From the NCBI RefSeq assembly GCF_016433145.1, contig NC_058132.1, positions 7,688,211 to 7,752,210 on the forward strand: DNA of 64,000 nucleotides, read 5' to 3'. A program made the position numbers and the translations under genes. Numbering within the stretch: position 1 is the stretch's first letter; every line of letters starts with the position of its first letter. The notes beneath the pieces are model-generated. The model worked only from the letters and a program-made list of their open reading frames with translations, had not been told where the DNA came from and made no database searches. Shown one piece after another: positions 25,621-35,790 of the stretch. The DNA comes from Gracilinanus agilis. Its lineage: Eukaryota.

Positions 25621-26694
25621 CTGGCACCATAATTTTTGAATAGGCTTTTTAAACCCCCTTCTAGGACTGCTTTTCTCCCCTGAGGCTGCTCCATTTTCTT
25701 TTATGTAAAATGTATGTGTTGCCTTTACAGTCTAACTGACGTACCAGCCACATTTCTGATTCTTTCCTAGAAGGGCTCCTCCCTCAGCGGGTGCTGCCTT
25801 TCCCTTGGTTGCACCCCGGAAACGTTTCAGCCCAGTAATTAGGGAAGGTCTCCTCTTGCCAGAGTTTGTCGATGCATCACGTTCACTGTAACGGGGCCTC
25901 CCCCCCCCTTCCCGGAGAGCATCATTTACACCGTTGTCTTCGGCAGGTCCAGCTCTTCGGGACTCCGTTTGGGATCTTCTTGGCACAGACCCCGGAGTGG
26001 TTTTCCATTTCCTTTTACAGATGAGGAAACTGAGGCAAACAGGGTTAAGTGGCTTGGCCAGAGTCGGGCAACTACTAAGTATCTGGAGCCAGATTTGGAC
26101 TCCGGCCTTCCTGGCTCTGGGCGCTCTGGAGCCACTTCTAGGAAAGCATGAATGAATGGAGGCCAAAAGGGGGGCCACTAAAGCCAGGAGTCAGATCGGG
26201 CAGCGTCTCGGGGCCAGCAAGGCAGCTTTTCTTGAGGCTCTTTTCCACACGCTGGTGTGTGCTTATGAGAGGCCTGCAGGGGGCTTCGCCGGCCCTCCAA
26301 ACACCCCAAGGGGGGCTTCTGCGAGGAGCTCCAAGCCCTCCCTGAGGGCCTCACAAGATGCGAGGGCCGTCCAGTGGGGCCCATCTGAGCACGTGCGCTC
26401 TCTGGTCACACCTTCGTATCGTTTTGTCTGAAGAAGCGGCAAACCGGAAAAAAGCAGAGCAGGGAGAGCTTCCCCGCAGCCCCGCAGGCTCAGGGTCCGG
26501 AGGGCCAGGCCGCCCCGATTTTGTGCCCCGGAGAGCTAGGAGGGGCCTTTACGGGATCCCCTCCACCACCCTCGCACCCAGGGCCTCTGTGGGGCGTGCT
26601 GCTTAGCTGCTGTCTTTTGTCACGAGGGCCGGAGCCAAGAGCAGGTGGCCAGCGAGGGGTCGCCGTACCAGAAAGGCTCCTCTTCCTAAATTAA

Positions 26695-26860
26695 AATCTG
26701 GCCTCAGACGCTTAACAGCTAGGTGACCCTGGATAAGTCACTTCACCCTGTTGGCCTCCATTTCCTCCTCCGTCAAAGGGGCCAACCAGTCCGTTTTCTT
26801 TGCCAAGAAAACCCCAAATGGGGTCACAGAGCCGGACAGCCAAAACACCCGAATGACTCA
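26695..26860 (+). mobile_element. MAR1-type CORE-SINE with RTE-like tail
   Basis: ctttgccaagaaaaccccaaatggggtcacaga tail; similar copies at ~30295-30420 (+) and ~31590-31760 (-). Confidence 0.75.
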
Positions 26861-27401
26861 AAGCCCCCGTTTTCAGCGATCGCTCTTGTCTGTAGACGTG
26901 CATCGTGGGCCATCTGCTGCCCTTCCCCAAAGCGGGGTGAGGCCCCCCTCGTTTTCCTCGGCCGCTTTAGCCCAGCCCAAGGAAGATGGGGTTCCCGCCC
27001 CAGCCTCGCTCCTGGTCAGTCTCCCTGCCTGGTTTTGTGTTTTATTTTTATTCCCCACTTGCTGACCGCAGGCTTTTGTGTGTTTTATTTGAACAAACAG
27101 GCAGCCGGGCACGTTTTTGCTTTGGTGGGTCACGATTTCAAATTGTTTTCCATTTAGGGATTTTCCGAGCTCTTCCCTTGTGCCTGGCTTGGTGTCCCCC
27201 AAGAGCTCCATGGAGCGCCTCGTTCTGGCGGCCCCGGGCCGGAGAGGGTTTGTGGGGGGCAGAGACGCCCCATTTCTTCTGTCCCCTAGCGGCGGCCCGG
27301 CTCCCCCTCACTCTTCGTTGTACCCGGTCCGGAGGGAGGCCCTTCTTCTGCTGGCAGGGAAGGACTTGGCGCTGCTGACGGCGCTTTACGTCTTTCCTCA
27401 G

Positions 27402-27538
27402 ATTCCCTTCGGGAGCCTCCAGGGACTTTGGCCGCCAGAAGTGGACCCAACGACACCGGCCCGTGTCCCGAGGCAGGAGGACGCGGGGGAGGAAGGGCAG
27501 AGGGCCAGGGCGGCCCTCCCCGGAGCGCCGCGAGCCAG
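27402..27538 (+). CDS. Gene 1 linker exon (phase 1 to phase 0), DSLREPPGTLAARSGP...PPRSAASQ
   Basis: Acceptor tctttcctcag at 27401, donor CAG|GTGAGT at 27538/9; 137 nt, open, and exactly the phase needed to join KRAB-B to the transposase exon. Confidence 0.75.
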
Positions 27539-28029
27539 GTGAGTGTCCCTGAAGGCGAGACCTCCGGGAGCCCTTCAGTCGGGGCCAGCCTCCGTCCTGG
27601 TTCCGATCCAGACTTGAGAGAGGGATGGAGAAGGTGGGAGTAGCGAGGATGGCCCAGCCCAGCCGGGCTGACCCTGGCGTCACAGACACACGCGTGACGG
27701 CGTCGGCTTTGGCCCTCCTTGCTGACCCGAATGAAGCGAGCCGCCTGCTTCGCGTTGGAATCCCGTTCCTGCACTCGTTCGCCCACTCCAGGCCTCATCG
27801 GGCATTTCTCGGCAGTCCGGCGGTGGCGCTGCGGTCAGCCTTGGGATGAGAAAGCCCGATAACGAGTTCTGCAAAAAAGGTGTAGGTGAAAAGGAAATGC
27901 GAGCTAATCCAGGACTTTAGCGTCAAGTGGTGCCATTCCAAAAATCACATAGAGAAAGCGTTACCAGAATTTTGTAATAATCCTCAGCCAGTGTGACTTT
28001 TACTAACCTAACATGAAATTGTTTTTCAG

Positions 28030-30207
28030 ATCATTTTCCCCAAAACACCAAAACGACAAAGCGATCTCTTGGGTTTTTTGAATGTAAAGAAGGTGAAAAC
28101 AGAGACAGAAAACAAGGGCAGGAAGGAGAATCCTTGCGAAGCTCTGACGCCGACGGGAGCCGCTTTTGGGTCCGCCGAACAACCCATCGCTGCAGAAAAG
28201 CCATCGTGTTCGCCAAAGGAGGACGGCGACAGCCTTTTGCTTCCGGACTGTTGGAACAAAAAACAAGCATTTCTGTTTACAGAGCAGTACAAGTGGCTTG
28301 AAATAAAAGGAGGTAAACTAGGCTGTAAGGATTGTTCCACGGTTCGGCACTTGGGAGTGGCGGCAGAAAAGCACGTCCATGTCTCCAAGGAGTGGAGCGC
28401 TTACTTAATAACCCCAAATGGCAGTAACAAAGTCACGAGGCAGGCGGCTCTGAGAAAGAAAATCAGGGAACACGACGTTTCCAAAGCCCACACGAAAATC
28501 CAGAATTTACTGAAAGAATCCGCTGACGACTCCATCTCAAATATAGTACGTAAACTAAACAATAAAAATATTGATGCTACCGTAAGGGTCTTCCAAACGG
28601 TTTATGGCTTAGTAAAGCGCAACCGGCCCTTATCGGATATTGAGGGGGCCATAGAAGTTCAGGAGAAAAACGGCGTAGACATAGGCAGCTGCCTACGGAC
28701 ACGGTACAGCGCCACGAGGATAGCGGAACACATCGCGAAGGAGATTCGGATGGAGCTCTTCAAGAGCATCGTAGAAGAGGAGGCCAAAATCTGCGTCATC
28801 CTCGATGAGGTGGCCACGATTTCGAAGAAGAGCACTCTAGTGATCCATCTGCAGTGCGAGGCTCCGTCTTCCCCTGCACCCACCATGGTCTTTGTCGCTT
28901 TAAGAGAATTGGCGTCCACCACCGCCCAGTGCGTCTTCGACACTCTGTTGTCTACTTTGGACGACTGCGGCTTCACGAATGACTATTTGAAAGCGAATTT
29001 AATTGCGTTTTGTTCTGATGGCGCTAGTAAAATTCTGGGAAGAAAGTCCGGACTACCTGCAAAGGTATTAGAAAACTTTCCCAAAATCATCTTTTGGCCC
29101 TGTTTAAATTATCGGTTGCAGTTATCACTTGATGATTCAATATCGGAAATAAAACAAGTTAATCATTTAAAAATGTTTCTGGACAAAATGTGTTCTATTT
29201 ATCACCAATCCAATAAAAACCAAACTGAATTAGAAACTGTCGCTAAAGAACTTGAAATGGAAATAATTAAAATCGGCCAAGTCCTGGGCCCAAGATGGGC
29301 AGCATGCAGCTTACGCGCTGCTACTGCTCTTTGGCATGTATATCCTACGTTATATTCCCGTTTTTCCCATTCTTCTTCTTATTCTGGTTTGGTGAAGAGA
29401 TTAGCTAACGTTCATTTCTTGCAAGACCTTGCTTTAATGATTGACATTCTTGAAGAGCTTTCATTTCTTTCAACTGCGATGCATTTGCAGTCGAGATCCA
29501 CTGACATTCAGAAAGCACAAAAATTAATCAAATGCACCATCAAAGCTTTAGAAAGATTAAAGATCGTCCCAGGAAAGCATGAATCTCAGGTGGAAGATTT
29601 GATGAAGTCAGATAAGTTTAAAGGCATTCCATTTAATAAAAACAATACACTTCATCCTCTTCCTAGGAGTACGTTACTGGAAAATATAATTCAGCACATG
29701 AATTTGTGTCTCTTATCGGATGATGAGAACATTTTTCATTATTTTGATTTACTAGAACCATCTACTTGGTCTTTTGAGCAAGTAACTTCACCATGGAGAG
29801 CTGGTGAAAAAAACTTATATCGCTTAAGTGAAATTTTAAAATACGAAATTGATTTGGATGATTTTCGTAATTTTGTAGATAATGTAGAATCAAACAATGT
29901 TCCAATACCTGCAACAATCCAGAAAGCTAAAAAAATCATTAGCATCATTGCCATCGATACAGCTGAAGCTGAGAGAGGTTTTGGTTTAATGAATATGATT
30001 TGTACGAGGGTGAGAAACAGTTTAACAGTAAAACATGTATCAGATTTAATGACAATTAATTTATTGGGAAAAGAATTAGCAGATTGGGATGCAACTCCGT
30101 TTGTCAAATCATGGTTAAATTGCAACCATAGGCTGGCTACAGATACGAGGGTTCGGCAGAAGTCAACGAGAGCATTCTGTAAGAATCCATTGGCTCTATG
30201 GAATTGA
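28030..30207 (+). CDS. KIAA1586: Gene 1 terminal exon: intact domesticated hAT transposase, KIAA1586 homologue (TTF-type Zn finger, DDE core, C-terminal dimerisation motif)
   Basis: 725 codons without stop; branch point TACTAAC 28001-07 and acceptor gtttttcag at 28029; motifs CKDC...HDVSKAH, ILDE (28804), SDGA (29017), PRW (29293-98), AEAERGF (29971). Recalled human KIAA1586 shares e.g. [50 protein letters not shown]. The symbol denotes homology; orthology is unproven. Confidence 0.92.
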   Translation: MIFPKTPKRQSDLLGFLNVKKVKTETENKGRKENPCEALTPTGAAFGSAEQPIAAEKPSCSPKEDGDSLLLPDCWNKKQAFLFTEQYKWLEIKGGKLGCKDCSTVRHLGVAAEKHVHVSKEWSAYLITPNGSNKVTRQAALRKKIREHDVSKAHTKIQNLLKESADDSISNIVRKLNNKNIDATVRVFQTVYGLVKRNRPLSDIEGAIEVQEKNGVDIGSCLRTRYSATRIAEHIAKEIRMELFKSIVEEEAKICVILDEVATISKKSTLVIHLQCEAPSSPAPTMVFVALRELASTTAQCVFDTLLSTLDDCGFTNDYLKANLIAFCSDGASKILGRKSGLPAKVLENFPKIIFWPCLNYRLQLSLDDSISEIKQVNHLKMFLDKMCSIYHQSNKNQTELETVAKELEMEIIKIGQVLGPRWAACSLRAATALWHVYPTLYSRFSHSSSYSGLVKRLANVHFLQDLALMIDILEELSFLSTAMHLQSRSTDIQKAQKLIKCTIKALERLKIVPGKHESQVEDLMKSDKFKGIPFNKNNTLHPLPRSTLLENIIQHMNLCLLSDDENIFHYFDLLEPSTWSFEQVTSPWRAGEKNLYRLSEILKYEIDLDDFRNFVDNVESNNVPIPATIQKAKKIISIIAIDTAEAERGFGLMNMICTRVRNSLTVKHVSDLMTINLLGKELADWDATPFVKSWLNCNHRLATDTRVRQKSTRAFCKNPLALWN

Positions 30208-32223
30208 GTAATAGAGAATGTATTTCATTATGGATTGTAAATTGTGTGCTGTGCATCCTTTATATCAGTAAAATGTATTGTAACTGTATATAGAGTCACT
30301 TAACCCTGTTTGCCTCTGTTTCCTCATTGGGTTGGAGAAGGAAATAGTTAACCACTCCAGTATCTTTGCTAAGAAGAATCCCAAATTGGACCCAAAGAGT
30401 TGGCTATGGCGAGGATGAACCCATTGGGAAAAGGAAGTGATGTCATAACAAAATACAGAAATAACAAAAGGAGACCCGTCGCCTCTGATGACAGAATTGA
30501 CATGGTTTAAGCAACGTGTCCCTGAAGCGACTGAGCACAGTCAGTGAGAGTTCCACAAAGCGAAGGTTGGGAACGACTGAGGGAAGAACAACTTTCTTGT
30601 AGAGAGCTGCTGGGCGACGGTCAGAAGCGAGATGGGGAGCGTCGCTTCCTGCCCCGGAACGTTATTGCCTCCGCTTCATCCCGTCTCTCTTCGGTTCCGA
30701 GGTAGTTCTTTACATGTTTCCTCTCCCATTAGCCTGGAGACCTCTTCTGCCTGACACTCACCCAGGGCCTGCCGACTGACAGAAAAGTGCTCCATGGGTT
30801 TGGCAGAAGAAAAGCGGGGTGGTCACAGGCGGCGTGTCTGGAGGGCTCGGGGTCCCTGTAGGGCCTGCAGCAAAGAGCCGAAGACATCTGAAGCCAGCAT
30901 CCTGCTCTCGGGACACCTGATGAAAGGACCGAGAACGAACTCCTGGGTGGCGTGAGGAGGGCTGCCTTTGCCTCGTGCCACTCTCCTTGACCAGAAGACA
31001 GTGTGCTCGAGCTCAGAGGTGGGAGTCGTTCGACCGCTCGTCGGCATCCGAGCCGGGTCCCAGAGGAGGGTCGCTGCTGGCCCGTCCAAAAGGGACTCCC
31101 TAAGGAAGAGCGGATCAGGCCTCAACAAGGAGGCACACAGGAGGTCACCTAGGAGCCGTTTCTGGGGGGGACTCCAGCCAAAAGGGAGCTACAGATGACC
31201 CCGAACTCTGTTTGCAAGAGTGTCACAGACTCGTGGGGGTGCCCCGTACCAACTACAGCTCCACTAAATATTTGTCTCTAAAAGCGGTCCCCGTCGTGAC
31301 TAATGATGGAGGCTTGAGAGGATCCCCTCGAATGTCTGGGAGGCGAGTGGCTCACTCATTCTACCAGAGCCTGGCGTGAGGGGCGTTGGGTGAGCCCAGA
31401 GCGTCTGGGCCGTGGGAGGGACCTGGGATCCGTCCCGGAGGGCAGCTCGCCCTGTGGTTGAGAGCTGAGTAAAACGATTTTATCTACCTCTGTCTGCTGG
31501 TGTCTTTCCAGTCCTTGTTTTAATACCCAAAGTAGCAAATGACAAAAGTGGCCACGAAGGCTGTTTGAAGATTTCCAAGAGGGGAAGCAACCATTCCACT
31601 GTGGTCGTCATTCGGTCCCTTCAGCCGTAGCCATCTCTTCATAACCCCATTTGGAGTTTTCTTGGCTTCTCCAGCTCATTTACAGATGAGGTAAACAGAG
31701 TTAAGGGACTTGCCCAGGGTCATACAACTAGTGAGCATCAGAAACCAGACTTGAACCCTGGATTTCAGACCCTGCCCACTCTCCACTGCAGCACCACCGG
31801 CTTACCACTTTTGAGGCAGCTGTAACCGATAGGAAGTTTTTTCTCGATAGTGAGCCTAAATTTGCCTCTGCAACTTTCCCTCCGATGCGCCTGTGGCAGA
31901 ACGAGACTGTCCCTGCTCCACATAAGAACCATCTGCCCGTTTGGAGGCATTACTGTGTGCCCCCGAGCCTTCTCCAGGATATACATGCCCAATTCCTTCA
32001 ACTGACCTTCATCCGGCAGGCTCAGTGTCCTCCCGTGGCATTCCGGAATCGGAGGTCCTCGAGCCGGAGCACCCAGAGCACCCAGATGATACTGTAGGGG
32101 GTGGTGATGAAGTAAGATGAGCCTATCACACCTCTGCTCCTGGAAGTGGCATCCTTTCAATGTAGCCCCAAATTACATGAGCTTTTTGGACCTCTATCAC
32201 ACGGTTGGGTTATGTTGTTTTGA

Positions 32224-32418
32224 TTTAACCCTCATCTTCCAAATTAGAATCAATACTATGTATTGGTTAAGAGGCAGAAGAGAGGTCAGGGTAGGCAATG
32301 GAGGTTAAGTGACCTGTCCAAGGTCACCCAGCTGGGAAGTGTCTAGGGCCGTATTTGTACCTAGGACCTCCCGTCTCTGGGCCTGGCTCTCAAGGCAATG
32401 AGCCATCTACCTGCCCCC
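32224..32418 (-). mobile_element. SINE1_Mdo-like SINE
   Basis: Reverse consensus. Confidence 0.8.
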
Positions 32419-33187
32419 AGTTGGCTCGTATTGTGCTTGTGGCCATTGAAACCTGCCGTGCTCTTTAAGAACAACAACTCCACATTATGCTTGTGATGGT
32501 GATTTTTGCATGCAAGTGCAGAGCATCATGTTCATCCCTGTTATATTTCATCTCCTTTTGGATTCTGATCATTATCCATCGTGTTACAATAACTGCCACT
32601 TTGGTATCATTTGAAAATTTCCTTAATACACTTATCCAAGTCCCTGGTAAAAATCTCAAAAAGGGCAGGGCCAAGGATCGGTTCCCAGGCCACTCTACTG
32701 GAACCATCCTACCATGATGACATCGAGGCATGAATAGTTACTTTTTAAATCTGGCCATCTGACCAGTTCTGAATCTATCCAATTGTATCATCATCTAAGC
32801 CACATCTCTCCATATACTCTACAGGAATATGGCGAGGTACTTTATCAAAGGCTTTGCTGAAATCTAGGAAAACTACATATATAGCCATCTCTCTCTATCT
32901 CAATCCTCTCATCTATTAATTTTGTAATGACATTAAAAAAGGAAATGAGGTTAGTATGGCATAACCTGTCCTGGATGAAGCCAGATTGGCTCTTTGTAAT
33001 CATTGCTTCCCTTTCTAGATGGTCATGAACTATTCCTCTAATGATCCTTTATAGGTTTTTGCCAGGAATCCAAGTTGAATTTACTGGCCTGGAGTTTTTT
33101 AACTTTTCTTTCCTTTTTTGGGGAAATCAGTACAACTTTTGTCTCTTTCCAATCTTGTGGTACTTGCTCCAATTTTCATAATCATTC

Positions 33188-33920
33188 TGTAAGAATATAA
33201 AATTTAGGTTTTTATGCTAATATGAGAATTCTAAAGTAATATCATGGTTGCTGATTTAAAGATATCATAGCTTAAGTCAAAATGACTTTTAGTAGCTTTA
33301 TTTACAAAGAGGTAGAAAGAGTGAAAATGAAAAATGTAGCTAAAGAGACAGATTTTAACAAGCCTACCAGCCCTTCTCCAGTGAAATGAGGCTCAGCCCC
33401 GTAGGGGCTTCCCCATGCCTGGTGGTGTCTTCAGTAAAAGTTCCACCAATGCAGCCTCCACCAAAACCAAGGCTGTAATCTCCAGCACCAATCTCTCCAG
33501 AAGCCAGGAAAGGAAGGCCAGCTACTTACTCACCCAAGACAAACTCCGAAGACCAAAGGCCAAATTCCAAGGCCAAGTCCTCCAAAACCAAAGTCCAAAG
33601 GAAAAGATCCAGGAGCAGTTCTCTAAGAAGTAATCCAAGAGCCAAAGTCAAGGTCCCCAGAGAGGAAGTTCAAGACCTTTTATAGTCCTTTTTCCACATC
33701 ACTTCCTGTCCCTTCCTCCACTTTACTGGAACCAATTGTAGTCTTTCAATTTGCCTAGCACAGGCTAGGGGCAGGGCAGTGGCCTCTGGAGTTGTCACCC
33801 ACTTTAGTAAGTGACTTGGAACTCTCTTTCTTAGTGTCAAGTAGGGGTATCTAAGTTTTTGACTGATTAATTTAAAAGTTGCTGATTGATAAACAAAGAA
33901 AGTTTGATTCACTCTTCACA
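33188..33920 (-). mobile_element. ERV solo LTR (ERV1-like, 733 bp)
   Basis: TG...CA termini, perfect 4-bp TSD ATTC (33184-87, 33921-24), minus-strand TATAAAAG (~33685) and AATAAA (~33300). Confidence 0.85.
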
Positions 33921-35064
33921 ATTCAAATATCATTGACAGCGACTTAGCAGTTGTATCTGCCATTTCAAGATACAGTTCATCAGGGACATGTGACTTGAAT
34001 TCATCAAAGGCAGCTGTTAGCTATCTTACCATCTTCCTGCCCATCTCCTATTTAGGAGTCATTTTTGTTCTGACAATTCCAGTGCAGGGGTCACTCTCAT
34101 TGAGGAAACTTTCTCTTCTCTCAGTCCCCAGGTACATTGTCCCATCCCTCCCAGATAAAAGTCCTAACCCTGCCTGATTGTCCCTTTTCTACCTGCAGGG
34201 CATTTAACAAACAAACAGATTTCTCTGTGTTTAGCTTCTCTCCCCAGGCTCTGAGTTTTAACATCCCTGACACTATTTTTACAGAACCACCCCACCATCT
34301 TCTATTCATCTTCTCTTACCTGGCCTTGCTTTCATCTTCTCTATGTCTTTTTTTAACCCAAGTTGTTCGGTGAGTTCAGTTTGCATTTGCCTCTTCAGAC
34401 ATATACCATATTTCATCATCTTTGGAATTGTGTCCCTTTGTGACTTGAGAATTTCATTTTTGAGTCTCTTCTATCCCTTCTGGGTTGACTTCCTCAAAAG
34501 CACTTTCTCCACAAGATCTTACCTACCTTTCCTCTGAATTCTTGGAGATGTGCTTTCACAAAATCTGGGGTGCACATTGGACTATGCCCACATTTCCTCT
34601 CCTCTGGCACAAATTCTAGTATGAAGTGCTTACTTCTGTAAAAAATTCCCACCATTTCTCCCTAGTTCTTCCCTGTTAGTGAGAATCAGGATCAAAATGG
34701 AATTTCCTCTTGTTAGTTCTTCCACTTTTTTGAAGGCCAAAATTATCTATAAGGCAAGTTGTGAAGTTAATAGCCACTTTATTTTTGGCAGAGAGAGAGC
34801 TCTGACATGTCTTGATCATTGAAGTCCTTGATCACTACTATATCATATCTCTGTGCCAGGCTCATTTTGATTTATTTTCCAAACTACTCATATATTTCCT
34901 TTTTTCTCTCTAGAGGGTCTGTTGAAAACACCAAGAATTTATTTCTGTTTTTCCCTCTTGACATACACTTAAATGCTCTTCATTCTCCCCTTGTGTTTCC
35001 TAGATTTTCTCATGAATGTAACGTCTGTTGTAGACTAGGACACTAGTGAAACTTAAGAAGTTTA

Positions 35065-35091
35065 ACACACACACACACACACACACACACA
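35065..35091. repeat. (AC)13 microsatellite
   Basis: Direct reading. Confidence 0.95.
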
Positions 35092-35367
35092 GCGTACCTT
35101 TGGTTTTATATTGGGGTTTTGGTTATGTAGGACTTTGCTCTTACAACAATGACAAATATGGAAGTGTGTTTTACATGACACTAAAAAATGAAAAAATAAA
35201 ATTCTTACAATACAAGACAGGCTGTGGCCTCTCTAGCTGTAAGAGCCCCTAGAGCCACCCGAGCACCACTACATCCAACCCTTTGGTGACAAGGTTACAA
35301 AGATTTTCAAGGGGAACTTTTGGTATTAAAACAATCTTAAAATGACCCTAAAAACTGAGGAATGAAA

Positions 35368-35545
35368 AATAATATAATTATTATATTAATTATAATATAT
35401 AATTATTATTTATAATATAAACATTATATTAATATATTATTGTTTCTAATATAAACATTATATTAATATATTATTGTTTCTAATATAAACATTATATTAA
35501 TATATAATTTCTATATTAATATAATAATAAATAAAAATATAATAC
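35368..35545. repeat. AT-rich low-complexity tract containing a 34-bp tandem repeat
   Basis: taatataaacattatattaatatattattgtttc x2 plus a partial copy at ~35413-35504. Confidence 0.85.
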
Positions 35546-35684
35546 CATACTATCAGTTTAAAACAGGACAATTATGTCAGAGAAAGTTTGTAAAGATCAT
35601 CTCTGATAAAATATTTGTGATGGTCAGGAGCAGCACCAGGGACATTAGAAGACTGAGTATGTCCACTGTTGTCATCCACATCTA

Positions 35685-35790
35685 TTTTTTTTTAACCCTT
35701 AACTTCTGTGTATTGGCTCCAAGGCAGAAGATGGTAAGGGTGGGCAATGGGGGTCAAGTGACTTGCCCAGGGTCACACTGCTGGGAAGTG
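35685..35790 (-). mobile_element. 5'-truncated SINE1_Mdo-like SINE
   Basis: 3' half only; 15-bp TSD tgtca(t/c)ccacatcta. Confidence 0.85.

Larger units (their letters stand above)
31790..34800 (-). mobile_element. Old CR1/L3 LINE fragments, interrupted by a SINE and an LTR
   Basis: gtgagcctaaatttgcctc...ccttctccagg...ttccttcaactg 3' part and ctttatcaaaggctttgctgaaatctagg...ggaaatgaggttagt RT-region remnants. Confidence 0.6.

Noticed and set aside
24454-28029. ZNF451-type SIM-PxRP-SIM exons expected from human KIAA1586
   Set aside because: No DDIQFVS/EGPxRPVLEYIDLV-like coding sequence was found. The candidate at ~25771 (EGLLPQRVLPF...) does not match and hits a stop.
28659-30125. Antisense ORFs within the transposase exon
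   Set aside because: Shadow ORFs of a long coding frame with no independent motifs.
27540-30500. TIRs or 8-bp TSD of the donor hAT element around the transposase exon
   Set aside because: Only a CAGTGTG at ~27989 was seen, with no matching inverted partner downstream. The exon appears fully domesticated.
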